DNA from: Thermoleophilia bacterium
GTDB taxonomy: Bacteria > Actinomycetota > Thermoleophilia > RBG-16-64-13
Reading direction: 5' to 3'
Length of the DNA: 64,000 nt
Assembly: GCA_050943595.1 (NCBI GenBank)
Contig: JBMNPM010000007.1
Location: forward strand, 6,288 to 70,287
Shown here: one piece after another, positions 10,580-20,216 of the stretch
Layout of the letters: the number at the start of each line of letters is the position of its first letter
Position numbering within the stretch: the stretch's first letter is position 1
The notes under the pieces: generated by a model
What the model was told of the DNA's origin: nothing
Seen by the model: only the letters and a program-made list of their open reading frames with translations
Database searches by the model: none
Made by a program: the position numbers and the translations under genes

Positions 10580-11465
10580 CCGCCTTTAATGTCTGGGAGT
10601 CGAAGTGCAGCGTATAGTCGATGAGGTGAGGCTGACTCATCGCGGTCGTGTCGGCACTCACTGCGAGATCCGAGTCGAGCTGAGAGACGGGGATCTCGAA
10701 TGTGGAGTTCCCCTCAGTAGTGGTGGGCAGGTATTTAATTCCGTCCACCAGCATAAAGTCGTAATTCGGGCTGCTCCACCTGATCACTGCCGTCATGTCG
10801 CCGCCCTCTATCGTAAGTTCAGTGGGACTCTGAATAGTCGCTCTTCCCGAGCCACCCTCCAGCGACACTTCAACCATGTACTGCCCATCCGCAGGCTGTT
10901 CGCCGGCGCTCTGCCCGTCCGTGGACCCCGCGGCAAGAGCCTCCTTGGGTATCGAGGAGGACTGGAACACCAGTACCCTGTCGTACCATTTTTGCTTCCT
11001 GATACTCCAGGCCGCACAGTCGATCTCCTTGTCGAGTGCCTCCACGGGCACCGTGTAGGTGTATTTGCCCTTGGCGTCTTCGACGTAATAGATGCACTTG
11101 TCGTCCGTGTCGGCCAACGCCTGCTCACCGGTGCCCATATAGAGCTTCTCGTAACCGTGGCCGCTCAACGTGAGCACTGCCGACATCTTTCCGTCCTTCA
11201 CGATGAGCTGCGCGTCGATGATCCGGAACATCGACGAGCTTGAAGAAACGGTGATGGCGTATTTACCATCTTTGATTTGGTCCCCATGAATCGGAACCAA
11301 TGCCGCCGCCTGCTGATCGGCAACAGAAGGGGCAACGGTAGTGGCAGTCGTGATGGTGGTAGTAGTCGTGGAGGAAGCTTCTCCGCACCCGGCTACGAAC
11401 ACTCCTATCAACAGCACGATCAGTATGGGAGTCAGTATCTTCTGTATGGTTGCCCGTCTTCTCAT
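10566..11465 (-). CDS. Surface lipoprotein with two tandem ~110-aa homologous domains; function unknown (candidate ligand-capture protein).
   Basis: Signal + lipobox (FVAGCGEAS), T-rich linker, then an internal duplication: DGKYAITVS...LIVKDGKMSAVLTLSGHGYEKLYMG versus DGQYMVEVS...LTIEGGDMTAVIRWSSPNYDFMLVDG. Confidence 0.5.
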   Translation of the reverse strand: MRRRATIQKILTPILIVLLIGVFVAGCGEASSTTTTTITTATTVAPSVADQQAAALVPIHGDQIKDGKYAITVSSSSSMFRIIDAQLIVKDGKMSAVLTLSGHGYEKLYMGTGEQALADTDDKCIYYVEDAKGKYTYTVPVEALDKEIDCAAWSIRKQKWYDRVLVFQSSSIPKEALAAGSTDGQSAGEQPADGQYMVEVSLEGGSGRATIQSPTELTIEGGDMTAVIRWSSPNYDFMLVDGIKYLPTTTEGNSTFEIPVSQLDSDLAVSADTTAMSQPHLIDYTLHFDSQTLKAVGTK

Positions 11466-11579
11466 TGCCCCTCCTTAAGAGGCTGCTGAAATACCAGGGC
11501 GCACACCATATTCCGAGGTGTGCGCCCTGGTCACCAATACTCCAACCAGCCGCCAATACTCCAGCTAGTGCCGGCTACA

Positions 11580-12542
11580 TCACTTCACGCCCTGGATCGC
11601 ATCCTTGACATGCTGAACGTAGATATCCTGGATCTCGTTGAACTGGCCAAGCCCCTCAAGGATGACCTCGACTTTAAAGCCCTCGGCCTCGAGAGTCGTC
11701 TTCCACGATCCCTCTTCATCGCCGGCCATGTCGTTATTGGCGTGGTCACCCGAGACCACCATAAGCGGCTCGAGCACTACCCTTTTGTATCCACCGGTCT
11801 TCGCAGCCGCGACGACATCGGTGAGTGTAGGAGTGCCCTCTACCGTGCCCACCAAGTAGTGGGGGTGTCCCGCCGCGGTGAGCTTGGTCTGAAGGTTACC
11901 GTACACCGCGTTTGCTTCGTGCTCCGTACCATGCCCCATGAATACCACCGCAGTACTGCCATCCATGTAAGAGGCCGTCCTCTCAGTGATGGACTTGATG
12001 ACCGCTGCAAAATCCTCGTCGCTGGTGAGTAGTGGTTTGCCTATTGCAACCTCGTCGAATTTGGTCTTGTACTTCTCCACCTCGGCCACCATGTCATCGT
12101 ACTCAAAGCCGTTCATCAAGTGGGTAGGCTGTACGATCACCGTCTTGATGCCGTCGGCCACGAGCTTGTCCAGCGCCTGCGTCACGTTGTCGATTTTGAT
12201 CCCGTCCCGCTCCGCAAGCTTGTCGATTATCATCTGCGCCGTGAAGGCCCGCCGAACCTCGTAATCAGGGAAGTTTTCCCCGATGGCCGCTTCGATAGCA
12301 CCGATCGTGATGTTTCTGCTGTCGTTGAAGCTGGTCCCGAAACTGACCACCAGTATGGCCTGGTCTTTCGCAGCCGCGGAGCCCTCGTCTTTTACCACTG
12401 TGGAACCCTCATCTTTTACCGCCGCGGCGCCCTCGTCCTTTACCGCGGAGCCGTTATCCGACTCGCCGCAACCCACGAGAACCGCGGAGAGCAGTACCAC
12501 TGCAATTGCAGCAATGATTCCGGCGATGATTCTCTTTTTCAC
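11580..12542 (-). CDS. cbiK: Sirohydrochlorin cobaltochelatase CbiK, exported (lipoprotein) form with (A)VKDEG triple repeat linker.
   Basis: CbiK fold motifs (LVVSFGTS, MGHGTEH, VSGDH) preceded by a signal peptide + Cys lipobox (LVGCGESD) and 3x VKDEG repeats. Confidence 0.7.
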   Translation of the reverse strand: MKKRIIAGIIAAIAVVLLSAVLVGCGESDNGSAVKDEGAAAVKDEGSTVVKDEGSAAAKDQAILVVSFGTSFNDSRNITIGAIEAAIGENFPDYEVRRAFTAQMIIDKLAERDGIKIDNVTQALDKLVADGIKTVIVQPTHLMNGFEYDDMVAEVEKYKTKFDEVAIGKPLLTSDEDFAAVIKSITERTASYMDGSTAVVFMGHGTEHEANAVYGNLQTKLTAAGHPHYLVGTVEGTPTLTDVVAAAKTGGYKRVVLEPLMVVSGDHANNDMAGDEEGSWKTTLEAEGFKVEVILEGLGQFNEIQDIYVQHVKDAIQGVK

Positions 12543-12864
12543 TGTTCCTCTCTTCTTCGTTCACGTTGCATTAGCCGCCTAAACTCTTTCTGTAGGAATC
12601 CACGCGTCCGTGCGTCAGTCCCTCCTTTCGACGGTGTCTGTGCCAGATCCGTCCCACCTGAGCAACTCCTGTGTCTAGTTGCTAAGCAAAAATCAGGAAT
12701 GCGCTTGGAAGAACCAAGACGAAACTGAAGAGCTCGAGATCATGCCTATGAGGCTGCTGAAAAACGAAGCCCCGGCTGCCAAACGGACGGTAATGGGGGG
12801 GATTCGGCGGCACTGAGCAACGTCTTTACGGCAACAACCACTCTCCGGATGTCACCGCCTTAAG

Positions 12865-13023
12865 AGGCTGCTGAAAAACGAAGCCCCGGCCCCCAGAACG
12901 CGCTGAGCAGCACGATAGTACGTCATCGGTTGCACGAATAGCGTTGCTATTCGTGCTCCCTCTATCCTTCTCTCGCGCGTGCTGATCGTGTTCTGGCGGC
13001 GAAGCGTCATATTTCAGCAGCTT
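12865..13023 (-). mobile_element. MITE-like repeat, copy 1 (TIR AGGCTGCTGAAA / TTTCAGCAGC; palindromic core).
   Basis: ~160 bp element, near-identical (reverse orientation) to the copies at 40651-40812 and 55091-55280. Inserted 4 nt downstream of the riboswitch terminator. Confidence 0.65.
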
Positions 13024-13026
13024 ATT

Positions 13027-13066
13027 AAAAAAATGGCGCCCTTGGGAATATCATCCCAAGAGCGCC
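13027..13066 (-). terminator. Rho-independent terminator (riboswitch expression platform).
   Basis: Minus-strand GGCGCUCUUGGGA-loop-UCCCAAGGGCGCC followed by U7. Confidence 0.7.
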
Positions 13067-13127
13067 GTATTCTGCCCTAGTCACCTAGTACCACACCCCT
13101 GATCTCGAGGGTATGCTTAGCCTCTCG

Positions 13128-13290
13128 CCTACGGGTAGGTATTCTGGCTCCCGGATCACTCTACCGGCTGCGCCTTCCCATCCCTGCGGACAGTGGCATC
13201 AGCAGCCTTCGTCCCCGATCACAGCGGCGGCACCGCGACGGACTCTCACCGTCTTCCCTTGTGGCTGTATTCCAGCCACCCGTAGCCACG
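13128..13290 (-). ncRNA. Cobalamin (AdoCbl) riboswitch.
   Basis: Minus-strand transcript contains AAGGGAAGACGGUGAGAGUCCGUCGCGGUGCCGCCGCUGUGA, B12 box GCCACUG, GGGAAGGC and AGCCAGAAUACCUACC. P1 CUACGGGUGG/CCACCCGUAG. Followed by a terminator. Confidence 0.85.
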
Positions 13291-13386
13291 CGTATTATTA
13301 ACATGCGGTCTGCAGTGCGTCAATATTCCACGCGCCCCCAGCCGCTCCATGAAAATATGAATCCGCCCGGCAGGCGCATAGGGTAG

Positions 13387-14949
13387 TCACAATCCCATCC
13401 CAACGATGGTTGCCAGCAGGTTCGTGTCAAGATAATCGGATATGTGGTCGGTGAGGCGGTCGATGGAGGCCGTGCCGGCCCGGACCGGCTCTCCGGAGGA
13501 TTGAGCCTCCGCTCTCGCCTTCTCCGGCAGGCCGGCCGTCCTCCTGAGACTATTGAGGAACCGGTCTCGCACGGCTAGATGATCGAACAGACCATGGACA
13601 TACGAGCCAAAGACTGTGCCATCGAGCGACACTGCACCTTCGTCATGAGAATCCCTGTCCGAACCTGCAGTTCCGACGTGGCCGCCTCTCTTCTTAAGAC
13701 GAAGAAGCGGGCGGGCGCTTGGCCCACGTCGGCTCCTTCCCATATGGATCTCATAGCCACTCACGGGCGTCCCTTCCGGGCCGATGCCGGCTCCTGTAAG
13801 CTCACCGGTCACCCGCACCGTCCGTTTGTCGCCACCGAAGACCGTCTCTATATCCAGCAATCCGAGTCCTTGAGCCGAGAAGACCGTTGACTCTACTCGA
13901 TTAGGGTCAAGAATGACCTTGCCCAGCATCTGATAGCCGCCGCAGATGCCCACCACCGGCACCCCCTCCGCCGCCTTTGCAACGATCGCGTCCGCCAACC
14001 CGCTCTCCCGTAGCCAGCGTAGGTCGTCGATTGTGCTCTTGGTGCCCGGAAGAATGATGGCGGCCTTTCCCTCGAGCTCACGGGGAGAGGTGACGAAAAC
14101 CACCGAGACATCCTGTTCGTCGGAGAGAGCGTCGAAGTCCGTGTAGTTTGAGATAAAGGGCAGTCGCACGACAGCGATACGGACGGCGGCATTAGGCTTC
14201 GTGCGTCTCTGCCGGTCTTCGATACCCAGAGAGTCCTCCTCGTCTCCTCTCCAATCACTCAGATAGGGGATCACTCCCAGGGTGGGGATAGCCGTCCGTT
14301 CTTCTAAGAAGCGAATGCCGGAATCGAGAAGGGACGCGTCACCCCGGAACTTGTTGATCACGAAAGCCCGCACCAGCGCGCGCTCCTCCGGTTCCAAGAG
14401 TTCGACCGTCCCGAAGAGTGAAGCAAACACGCCGCCCCGATCGATATCGGCGACCAGGAGTACTGGAGCCCGCGCATACAGGGCCACTTTCATGTTGACG
14501 ATGTCGTGGTCGCGCAGGTTGATCTCGGCGATGCTCCCCGCACCCTCCACCACGATCAGGTCGTTGGCCGCCCGCAGCCGATCCAGCGCAGCGGTGACCA
14601 CCGGCCAGACCTGTCTTTGATAGGCGTGATACTCCCGCACCGACATGTGCCCCACCGGCCGGCCGAGAACGATCACCTCACTGCCGGTTTGGGAGCTGGG
14701 CTTGAGGAGGATGGGGTTCATGTCCACGTGCGGCTCGATACCGGCCGCGTCGGCCTGGTAGGCCTGAGCCCGACCCAACTCACCGCCTTCGGCCGTGACG
14801 AAGGAGTTAAGGGCCATGTTCTGCGCCTTAAAGGGGGCAACCCGTAAGCCACGGCGCGCATACATGCGACAGAGCGCGGCGGCAAGAACGCTCTTGCCGA
14901 CGTGTGAGCCCGTGCCGGCCACCATGACCACCTGCGCGGGGGCGACCAT
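13387..14949 (-). CDS. cobQ: Cobyric acid synthase CobQ/CbiP.
   Basis: VMVAGTGSHVGKS nucleotide-binding motif and a GATase-1 C-terminal domain. Start ATG at 14949 (MVAPAQV) preferred over the longer ORF. Confidence 0.85.
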   Translation of the reverse strand: MVAPAQVVMVAGTGSHVGKSVLAAALCRMYARRGLRVAPFKAQNMALNSFVTAEGGELGRAQAYQADAAGIEPHVDMNPILLKPSSQTGSEVIVLGRPVGHMSVREYHAYQRQVWPVVTAALDRLRAANDLIVVEGAGSIAEINLRDHDIVNMKVALYARAPVLLVADIDRGGVFASLFGTVELLEPEERALVRAFVINKFRGDASLLDSGIRFLEERTAIPTLGVIPYLSDWRGDEEDSLGIEDRQRRTKPNAAVRIAVVRLPFISNYTDFDALSDEQDVSVVFVTSPRELEGKAAIILPGTKSTIDDLRWLRESGLADAIVAKAAEGVPVVGICGGYQMLGKVILDPNRVESTVFSAQGLGLLDIETVFGGDKRTVRVTGELTGAGIGPEGTPVSGYEIHMGRSRRGPSARPLLRLKKRGGHVGTAGSDRDSHDEGAVSLDGTVFGSYVHGLFDHLAVRDRFLNSLRRTAGLPEKARAEAQSSGEPVRAGTASIDRLTDHISDYLDTNLLATIVGMGL

Positions 14950-14965
14950 CAGTACTCGATCGCCA

Positions 14966-16444
14966 TCAGTACTCAATCCCCCGGCGCGCCCAGATGTCCG
15001 GATAGGGATGTTTATGAGCAACCATCTGCGTTACAAGGTCGGCGGCGGCGCACAGCTCATCCGGCGCATATCGGCCGGTGGCAACCACCTCCACATGAGC
15101 CGGCCGCTCCTGCAGCGTTGAGAGCACCGAAACGATATCGAGAAGACCGTAATGGAGAGCCACATTCAGCTCGTCAAGAATCACAAGGTCCCAATCGCCC
15201 GAGAACATCAGTTCGTGCGCACTGTTCCAGGCCTGCACCACCCCCCGCTTATCTTCACTGTGCGCCGCCCCACAAAGAAGCCCTGTCGAACGCGAGGCAG
15301 GACGGACTACATGGACTCCGGCCAGACGCAGCCCGGCCAGCTCACCGCTTTCGGTCCCGCCTTTGAGGAACTGGACCATGGCCACCGTCAGTTCTTGACC
15401 GCGGGCACGAAGCGCCAGCCCTACCGCAGCCGTCGTTTTACCCTTACCCTCTCCTGTATAGACCTGGAGAAGACCCCGGCTCAAGCGCTGACGGCCGTCC
15501 GCTTCAGCGCCGGCTGCGCCTGGTTCAAGTAAGGATGACCCGGCGCCGCTCAAAGAAGCAGAACCGAGGGACTGCGTGGAGTGCGGCCGGCACCCCAAGT
15601 GGCGCCCCAAGTAAGACAACAGCTCCTCAACGCTCCTGACGGTCCTTCCCGGTGCCACCTGGGTGTCAACAGCATCGCCCTCAGGCCGCGCCACTACAAT
15701 GGCGGCGGCCCCGGCCGCGCGACACGCTTCGAGCTTGGCGTTCAACCCACCGGCCTCACCACTCTCTTTCGTGACCAACACGCCTGCCCCAAGGTGGCGG
15801 AGAAGAGCGGCGTCTAACTCTGCTCCGGTCGGCCCTTGCATGGCCAGAATATCTGCGGGAGCCAGTCCAAGTTCGCGACAGTGCGCAATGGACTCCTCCA
15901 CCGGCATCACCCGGGCAACGAGACGCCTGCCGGCTGCTCGAACGGCCTCTACATAGGTACGAAGCGTGCGGGTGCCGACGGTAACCAGGATCGCACTCTC
16001 ACCCCCGCTTTCAACTGCACGCGCCGCGGCAGTAGCGGCATCGGGTACAAGCATCGCGTCCTCAGGAAGCACCACTCTCGGACGCTCCAAGCGAACGTAG
16101 GGGACACCTAAACGATCGCATGCTCCACGAGCCAATGCAGAAATCTGTTGGGCAAACGGATGGGTAGCGTCGACCACCGCCTCGCTGCTCTCCAGAAGCG
16201 TCTCCAACCCGATCTCATCAAGCGCGCCGACGCGCACCCGCAACCGCCCCAAACGAGAGGCATCCGCCCGCCGGAGATCCCCCTTGGAGACCTTAGAGGC
16301 CCTGGGGAAATCCTCTGCTGTGGTGTTACGAGCGAGGTCCGCGCCGTGTTCGCTGACCACACTGAGCAGGACGTCGTACCCTCGCTCTTGGAGAAGCGAG
16401 GCCGCCAAGCGGGCATCCGAAGTGCCACCCAGAAGAAGAATCAT
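14966..16444 (-). CDS. cbiJ: Fusion protein: cobalt-precorrin-6A reductase CbiJ/CobK (N-terminal) + cob(I)yrinic acid a,c-diamide adenosyltransferase CobA/BtuR (C-terminal).
   Basis: N-terminal ~250 aa match CbiJ (MILLLGGTSDAR...). C-terminal ~180 aa match CobA/BtuR (GLLQVYTGEGKGKTTAAVGLALRA...ILDELNVAL). Confidence 0.75.
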   Translation of the reverse strand: MILLLGGTSDARLAASLLQERGYDVLLSVVSEHGADLARNTTAEDFPRASKVSKGDLRRADASRLGRLRVRVGALDEIGLETLLESSEAVVDATHPFAQQISALARGACDRLGVPYVRLERPRVVLPEDAMLVPDAATAAARAVESGGESAILVTVGTRTLRTYVEAVRAAGRRLVARVMPVEESIAHCRELGLAPADILAMQGPTGAELDAALLRHLGAGVLVTKESGEAGGLNAKLEACRAAGAAAIVVARPEGDAVDTQVAPGRTVRSVEELLSYLGRHLGCRPHSTQSLGSASLSGAGSSLLEPGAAGAEADGRQRLSRGLLQVYTGEGKGKTTAAVGLALRARGQELTVAMVQFLKGGTESGELAGLRLAGVHVVRPASRSTGLLCGAAHSEDKRGVVQAWNSAHELMFSGDWDLVILDELNVALHYGLLDIVSVLSTLQERPAHVEVVATGRYAPDELCAAADLVTQMVAHKHPYPDIWARRGIEY

Positions 16445-17292
16445 GCCTTCTGTCTCCCAGACAAAAACTCAGCATCTTTTACCGAATAACCCCGCGTAGT
16501 CACCATGCGCCCATCGCGGACCATCGTAGCGGTGTTGCCGACGATGATCACAGTCCTCATATCCAGGTCGTCCTCCTTCAGGCACTCAAGGGTAGTGACC
16601 CTCACCGACTGGCCCTCACGCAGAGCGTCCCGGACCACACCTACAGGCGTATCTGCGGCTCTACCCGCGCGGAGAAGCGCCAGAGCGCGCCTGAGCGGCT
16701 CCACCCGCCGGCTGCTGCGCGGGTTGTAGAGGGCGATGACAAAGTCGCCGGCAATAGCGCCGTTCAGCCGACGCTCGATCACCGCCAACGGCGTGAGAAG
16801 ATCACTTAGGCTTATCACGGCAAAGTCGTTCATGAGAGGAGCGCCCAGGCAGGCGGCTGCCGCAGAGGCAGCGGTGATCCCAGGAACGATCTCTACTTCT
16901 ACACAAGACTTTACCGGAAGCAACTCCAGCACAAGACCAGCCATGCCGTAGATACCGGCATCGCCGCTGCTTATCATGGCCACATGAGAGCCCTGCAGAG
17001 CCGCCTCAATCGCCAAGGTCGCCCGCTGCACCTCCCTACGCATGCCGCTGCTGATGGTGCGTTTGCCGGCAATCAACGGAGCCACGAGTTGCAGATACGG
17101 CTGGTAACCCACCACCACATCGGCCGCTCTGAGGGTCGCCTCCGCTGCCGGTGTCAGGTGATCTCTTCCGCCGGGGCCAATGCCCACGAGCCACAGACAT
17201 CCAGGGCGAGAGCCACAGTGACTCCCTCCCGGACCGTCCGCGGCCCGAGCAGCTTCATCTCGGACCCGGCCAGCAATGCCGCCGGTATGCAT
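16441..17292 (-). CDS. cbiH: Cobalt-factor III / precorrin-3B C17-methyltransferase CbiH.
   Basis: LWLVGIGPGG...GDAGIYGMAG SAM-MTase (tetrapyrrole methylase) motifs. Annotated start overlaps cbiG; true start probably later (~17200). Confidence 0.8.
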   Translation of the reverse strand: MHTGGIAGRVRDEAARAADGPGGSHCGSRPGCLWLVGIGPGGRDHLTPAAEATLRAADVVVGYQPYLQLVAPLIAGKRTISSGMRREVQRATLAIEAALQGSHVAMISSGDAGIYGMAGLVLELLPVKSCVEVEIVPGITAASAAAACLGAPLMNDFAVISLSDLLTPLAVIERRLNGAIAGDFVIALYNPRSSRRVEPLRRALALLRAGRAADTPVGVVRDALREGQSVRVTTLECLKEDDLDMRTVIIVGNTATMVRDGRMVTTRGYSVKDAEFLSGRQKA

Positions 17293-18011
17293 ACTGCCGC
17301 TACTCCTGTCGTCGTTTCCACGAAGTTGGGGTGGCGCAGAGACTCCTGCAGATCTCGGATGCGTGAGCGGGACACCACGTTAAGGGGGACACCCAGTACC
17401 CGCGCAGCCTCATGAAGCCCAGGCTCGTCCGCCTTGAGGTCGATGGTGGACAGAGCGCGCACGTCTGCACGTGAATGACCCGAGCCGGCAAGCGCTTCGT
17501 CGATGGCCGCGAGAGCGCACGCAGCCGTCACCCCGCGCCGGGCGCCGATGCCGACTGTAACCCTCCGGCGGGCCTCACTTCCCGTAGTCACCACTGCCGT
17601 CCCGCCGGTAATACCGGCTATCGACTCGGCCAACCGATTGGCTCCTCCTTCATGGCCACTCAGCAGGCTGATCACGTACCGGCCGCTATTGTCTACCACA
17701 ACCACGGCCGGATCGGTGAGCTTGGACTTCACCCAAGGCGCGATGGCCCGAACCATGATCCCACTGGCCATGATCCCCACAATGGCGGCGTGATCATCCC
17801 AGAGCGTGCCCACGAAATTGGGCAGCCCTCCTTCATACGTCCTGACCTCCGGTGACCTGCTCTTTGATATCGATTTCTGCGGAACCCACAGGGTGATCTC
17901 CTCCCGTCCGGTCTCCCGGCACAGCCTCGGCACCAACTCTCGGCCTAGAGTCAGCCCCTCCTCGGACACAGCCAGGATCGTGATGGCCCCAGGTCGCTCG
18001 AAGCGGGTCAC
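17154..18011 (-). CDS. cbiG: Cobalt-precorrin-5A hydrolase CbiG.
   Basis: CbiG-like sequence (ITILAVSEEG...VVVDNSGRYVISLLSGHEGGAN) in cbi operon position. Confidence 0.75.
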   Translation of the reverse strand: MTRFERPGAITILAVSEEGLTLGRELVPRLCRETGREEITLWVPQKSISKSRSPEVRTYEGGLPNFVGTLWDDHAAIVGIMASGIMVRAIAPWVKSKLTDPAVVVVDNSGRYVISLLSGHEGGANRLAESIAGITGGTAVVTTGSEARRRVTVGIGARRGVTAACALAAIDEALAGSGHSRADVRALSTIDLKADEPGLHEAARVLGVPLNVVSRSRIRDLQESLRHPNFVETTTGVAAVCIPAALLAGSEMKLLGPRTVREGVTVALALDVCGSWALAPAEEIT

Positions 18012-18871
18012 AGCGCCTCTTCCTTCCCAGCCTCTTCCTCCTTAGCCTCTCCCTCCCCGGCCCGGTATCCGTGCGAGAAGCTGCGATCGTACAGCTTCGA
18101 AGGCCCCCCTTCATTGCGCAAGACCTCGCCGACGAGAATCATAGCGGTGCGATCGATGCCGGCCTCAGCCACCAAAGCCGCGATGTCTCTCAGCGTGCCC
18201 CGCACGATGCGCTGTTCGGGCCACGTGGCCTTGTACACTACGGCGACAGGAGTTTCTTCCGGGTAGTGCGCACGGAGGGAACTCACGATGTCGGCCATAT
18301 GGTCCGCCGAAAGGAAGATGGCCATGGTGGACCGGTGGGCGGCCAGATCCGCCAGTGCCTCGGTCTGGGGTACGGGGGTCCGCCCTGCTGTGCGCGTGAT
18401 AATCACTGTTTGCGAAACCCCGGGCAGAGTCAACTCAGTGGCGATGGCAGCTGCCGCAGCAGAGAAGGAGCTGACCCCGGGCACCACTTCGTAGGGCACC
18501 CCCTCCTCGTCCAGCCGCGCCATCTGTTCGCCTATGGCGCCAAACAGGCCGGGGTCGCCGGTATGCAACCGTACCACCTTCCGCCCGGACCTATGACCGT
18601 CCACCATAAGGGAGACGATCTCATCCAGATGCATCCCCGCACTGTCGTAAATCTCCACTCCGGATGAGGCCCACGTGAGCACCTCCTTCGGCACCAGCGA
18701 CCCTGCGTAGATGACCACATCGGCTTCCTCGAGGAGCCGCCTGCCCCGCACCGTGATGAGTTCGGGGTCTCCCGGACCCGCTCCCACGAACCAGATCACT
18801 CCTTCTCCCCCTCTATCGCAGCCCTGCGCTTCGCCAATACGGTCGTGAAGTAATCGTACGACCCGGCCCAC
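18008..18871 (-). CDS. cbiF: Cobalt-precorrin-4 C11-methyltransferase CbiF.
   Basis: VIWFVGAGPGDPELITVRG...VVRLHTGDPGLFG. True start likely near 18770. Confidence 0.8.
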   Translation of the reverse strand: MGRVVRLLHDRIGEAQGCDRGGEGVIWFVGAGPGDPELITVRGRRLLEEADVVIYAGSLVPKEVLTWASSGVEIYDSAGMHLDEIVSLMVDGHRSGRKVVRLHTGDPGLFGAIGEQMARLDEEGVPYEVVPGVSSFSAAAAAIATELTLPGVSQTVIITRTAGRTPVPQTEALADLAAHRSTMAIFLSADHMADIVSSLRAHYPEETPVAVVYKATWPEQRIVRGTLRDIAALVAEAGIDRTAMILVGEVLRNEGGPSKLYDRSFSHGYRAGEGEAKEEEAGKEEAL

Positions 18872-19515
18872 GAACGCAGGTCGCTGGTGTGGTCCGCCGC
18901 TGCCTGACCGGTTCTCCGCATTGCCACCGCATCGATTTCCAAACCAGAGACCAGATCGGCAAGGCAGTCGAGATAAGCAGCCGCCTTCATGAACACCACA
19001 TTGGGGATGGTTTCCAACCAGTGCTCCATGTCGTCGTTGGGAGCCTCTGACCAGATGAGCAGAGGCTCACGCCCCTGAGCAAGAGGAATACCCGCGGATG
19101 CAGCGCAGGCGGAGATGGAAGTGACGCCCGGGATGGTCTCCACAGGCACCTGGGGGACCTCCTCGCGCAGAGCCGCGGCTACGTACCCCCAGGTGGAGTA
19201 GAGCGTGGGATCTCCAAGAGTGATGAAGACTGCCGAGCGACCGGCGAGCGCCTCACGGGCCAACGATCTCGCCGTGCGCGCCCATGCCGCTTCAAGCGTG
19301 CTTCGCACTTCGGTCATGGGGAGTTCGGGCGTGACGATCTCACAGTCCGGTGGCAGATAGGGCCGAGCTATGTCGAGAGCCAGACTGACCCCGTCCCCAC
19401 GTGCACTCGGAGCAACCACTACATCTGCCGTAGCCAGCACCTCAGTCGCACGTACGGTGAGCAGCCCAGGGTCGCCTGGCCCCACTCCCACACCGTAGAC
19501 CATCCCCACGGTCAT
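18796..19515 (-). CDS. cbiL: Cobalt-precorrin-2 C20-methyltransferase CbiL.
   Basis: MTVGMVYGVGVGPGDPGLLTVRA... Start ATG 19515 overlaps the cbiT stop (ATGA). Confidence 0.75.
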   Translation of the reverse strand: MTVGMVYGVGVGPGDPGLLTVRATEVLATADVVVAPSARGDGVSLALDIARPYLPPDCEIVTPELPMTEVRSTLEAAWARTARSLAREALAGRSAVFITLGDPTLYSTWGYVAAALREEVPQVPVETIPGVTSISACAASAGIPLAQGREPLLIWSEAPNDDMEHWLETIPNVVFMKAAAYLDCLADLVSGLEIDAVAMRRTGQAAADHTSDLRSWAGSYDYFTTVLAKRRAAIEGEKE

Positions 19516-20216
19516 CGGGGACCACCCTCCCGGGCCTCGAAGGCGTCGCCATCGTTGAGGGACCCGGCCAGTTCGGCCGAGACAATCCAAACGGGGTTCA
19601 AAGCATCGAAACGCAACTGTCTGCCGACAGCCACGCCACGAGCGATGCTCGCCTGAATGCAATCGAATCCCCGCCACCCCTCTCCACGCAGACACGAAAC
19701 GGTAGAGGACAGGGTCTCCACACATACGCACGGGCAGATAACCATACCCCCGGGTGACAGGATTGACGGCAAAGCAGCAAGTATCTCCGCCAGGCGACCG
19801 CCACTTCCCCCCACGAAGACCCGGTCGAAGCAGCCCAATCCGGCCCAGGCATCCGGCGCTTCTCCCGCGATCACCTGCACACGCGCGGATGCCGGCCGGC
19901 CGTAGTGTCCCGACTGATGAAGAAGCCCAAAATGCTCCAAGCCAAAATGCTCTAGATTTGCCTGCAGGACGGCCAGCGCCTCTCGATCTCTCTCGATAGC
20001 CACGACCTCACCACCCGGGCAGAGCAGGCACGCCTCCACGGTCAGACTGCCGCTTCCCGCGCCCACGTCCAGCACCCGGGCGCCTGGATGCAGGCGCGCT
20101 TTAGACATGAGAAGGGCCCGCACCTCGGCTTTGGTCATGGGCACATCCCCGCGCACAAACTGGTCATCAGGTATGCCGAAAAAGCCGTCGCACAACGCCT
20201 TCCCGTCGACAGTCAT
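19512..20216 (-). CDS. cbiT: Cobalt-precorrin-6B C15-methyltransferase (decarboxylating) CbiT.
   Basis: SAM MTase motif VLDVGAGSGSLTVEA. Contains an in-frame 15-bp tandem duplication (HFGLEHFGL). Confidence 0.75.
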   Translation of the reverse strand: MTVDGKALCDGFFGIPDDQFVRGDVPMTKAEVRALLMSKARLHPGARVLDVGAGSGSLTVEACLLCPGGEVVAIERDREALAVLQANLEHFGLEHFGLLHQSGHYGRPASARVQVIAGEAPDAWAGLGCFDRVFVGGSGGRLAEILAALPSILSPGGMVICPCVCVETLSSTVSCLRGEGWRGFDCIQASIARGVAVGRQLRFDALNPVWIVSAELAGSLNDGDAFEAREGGPR

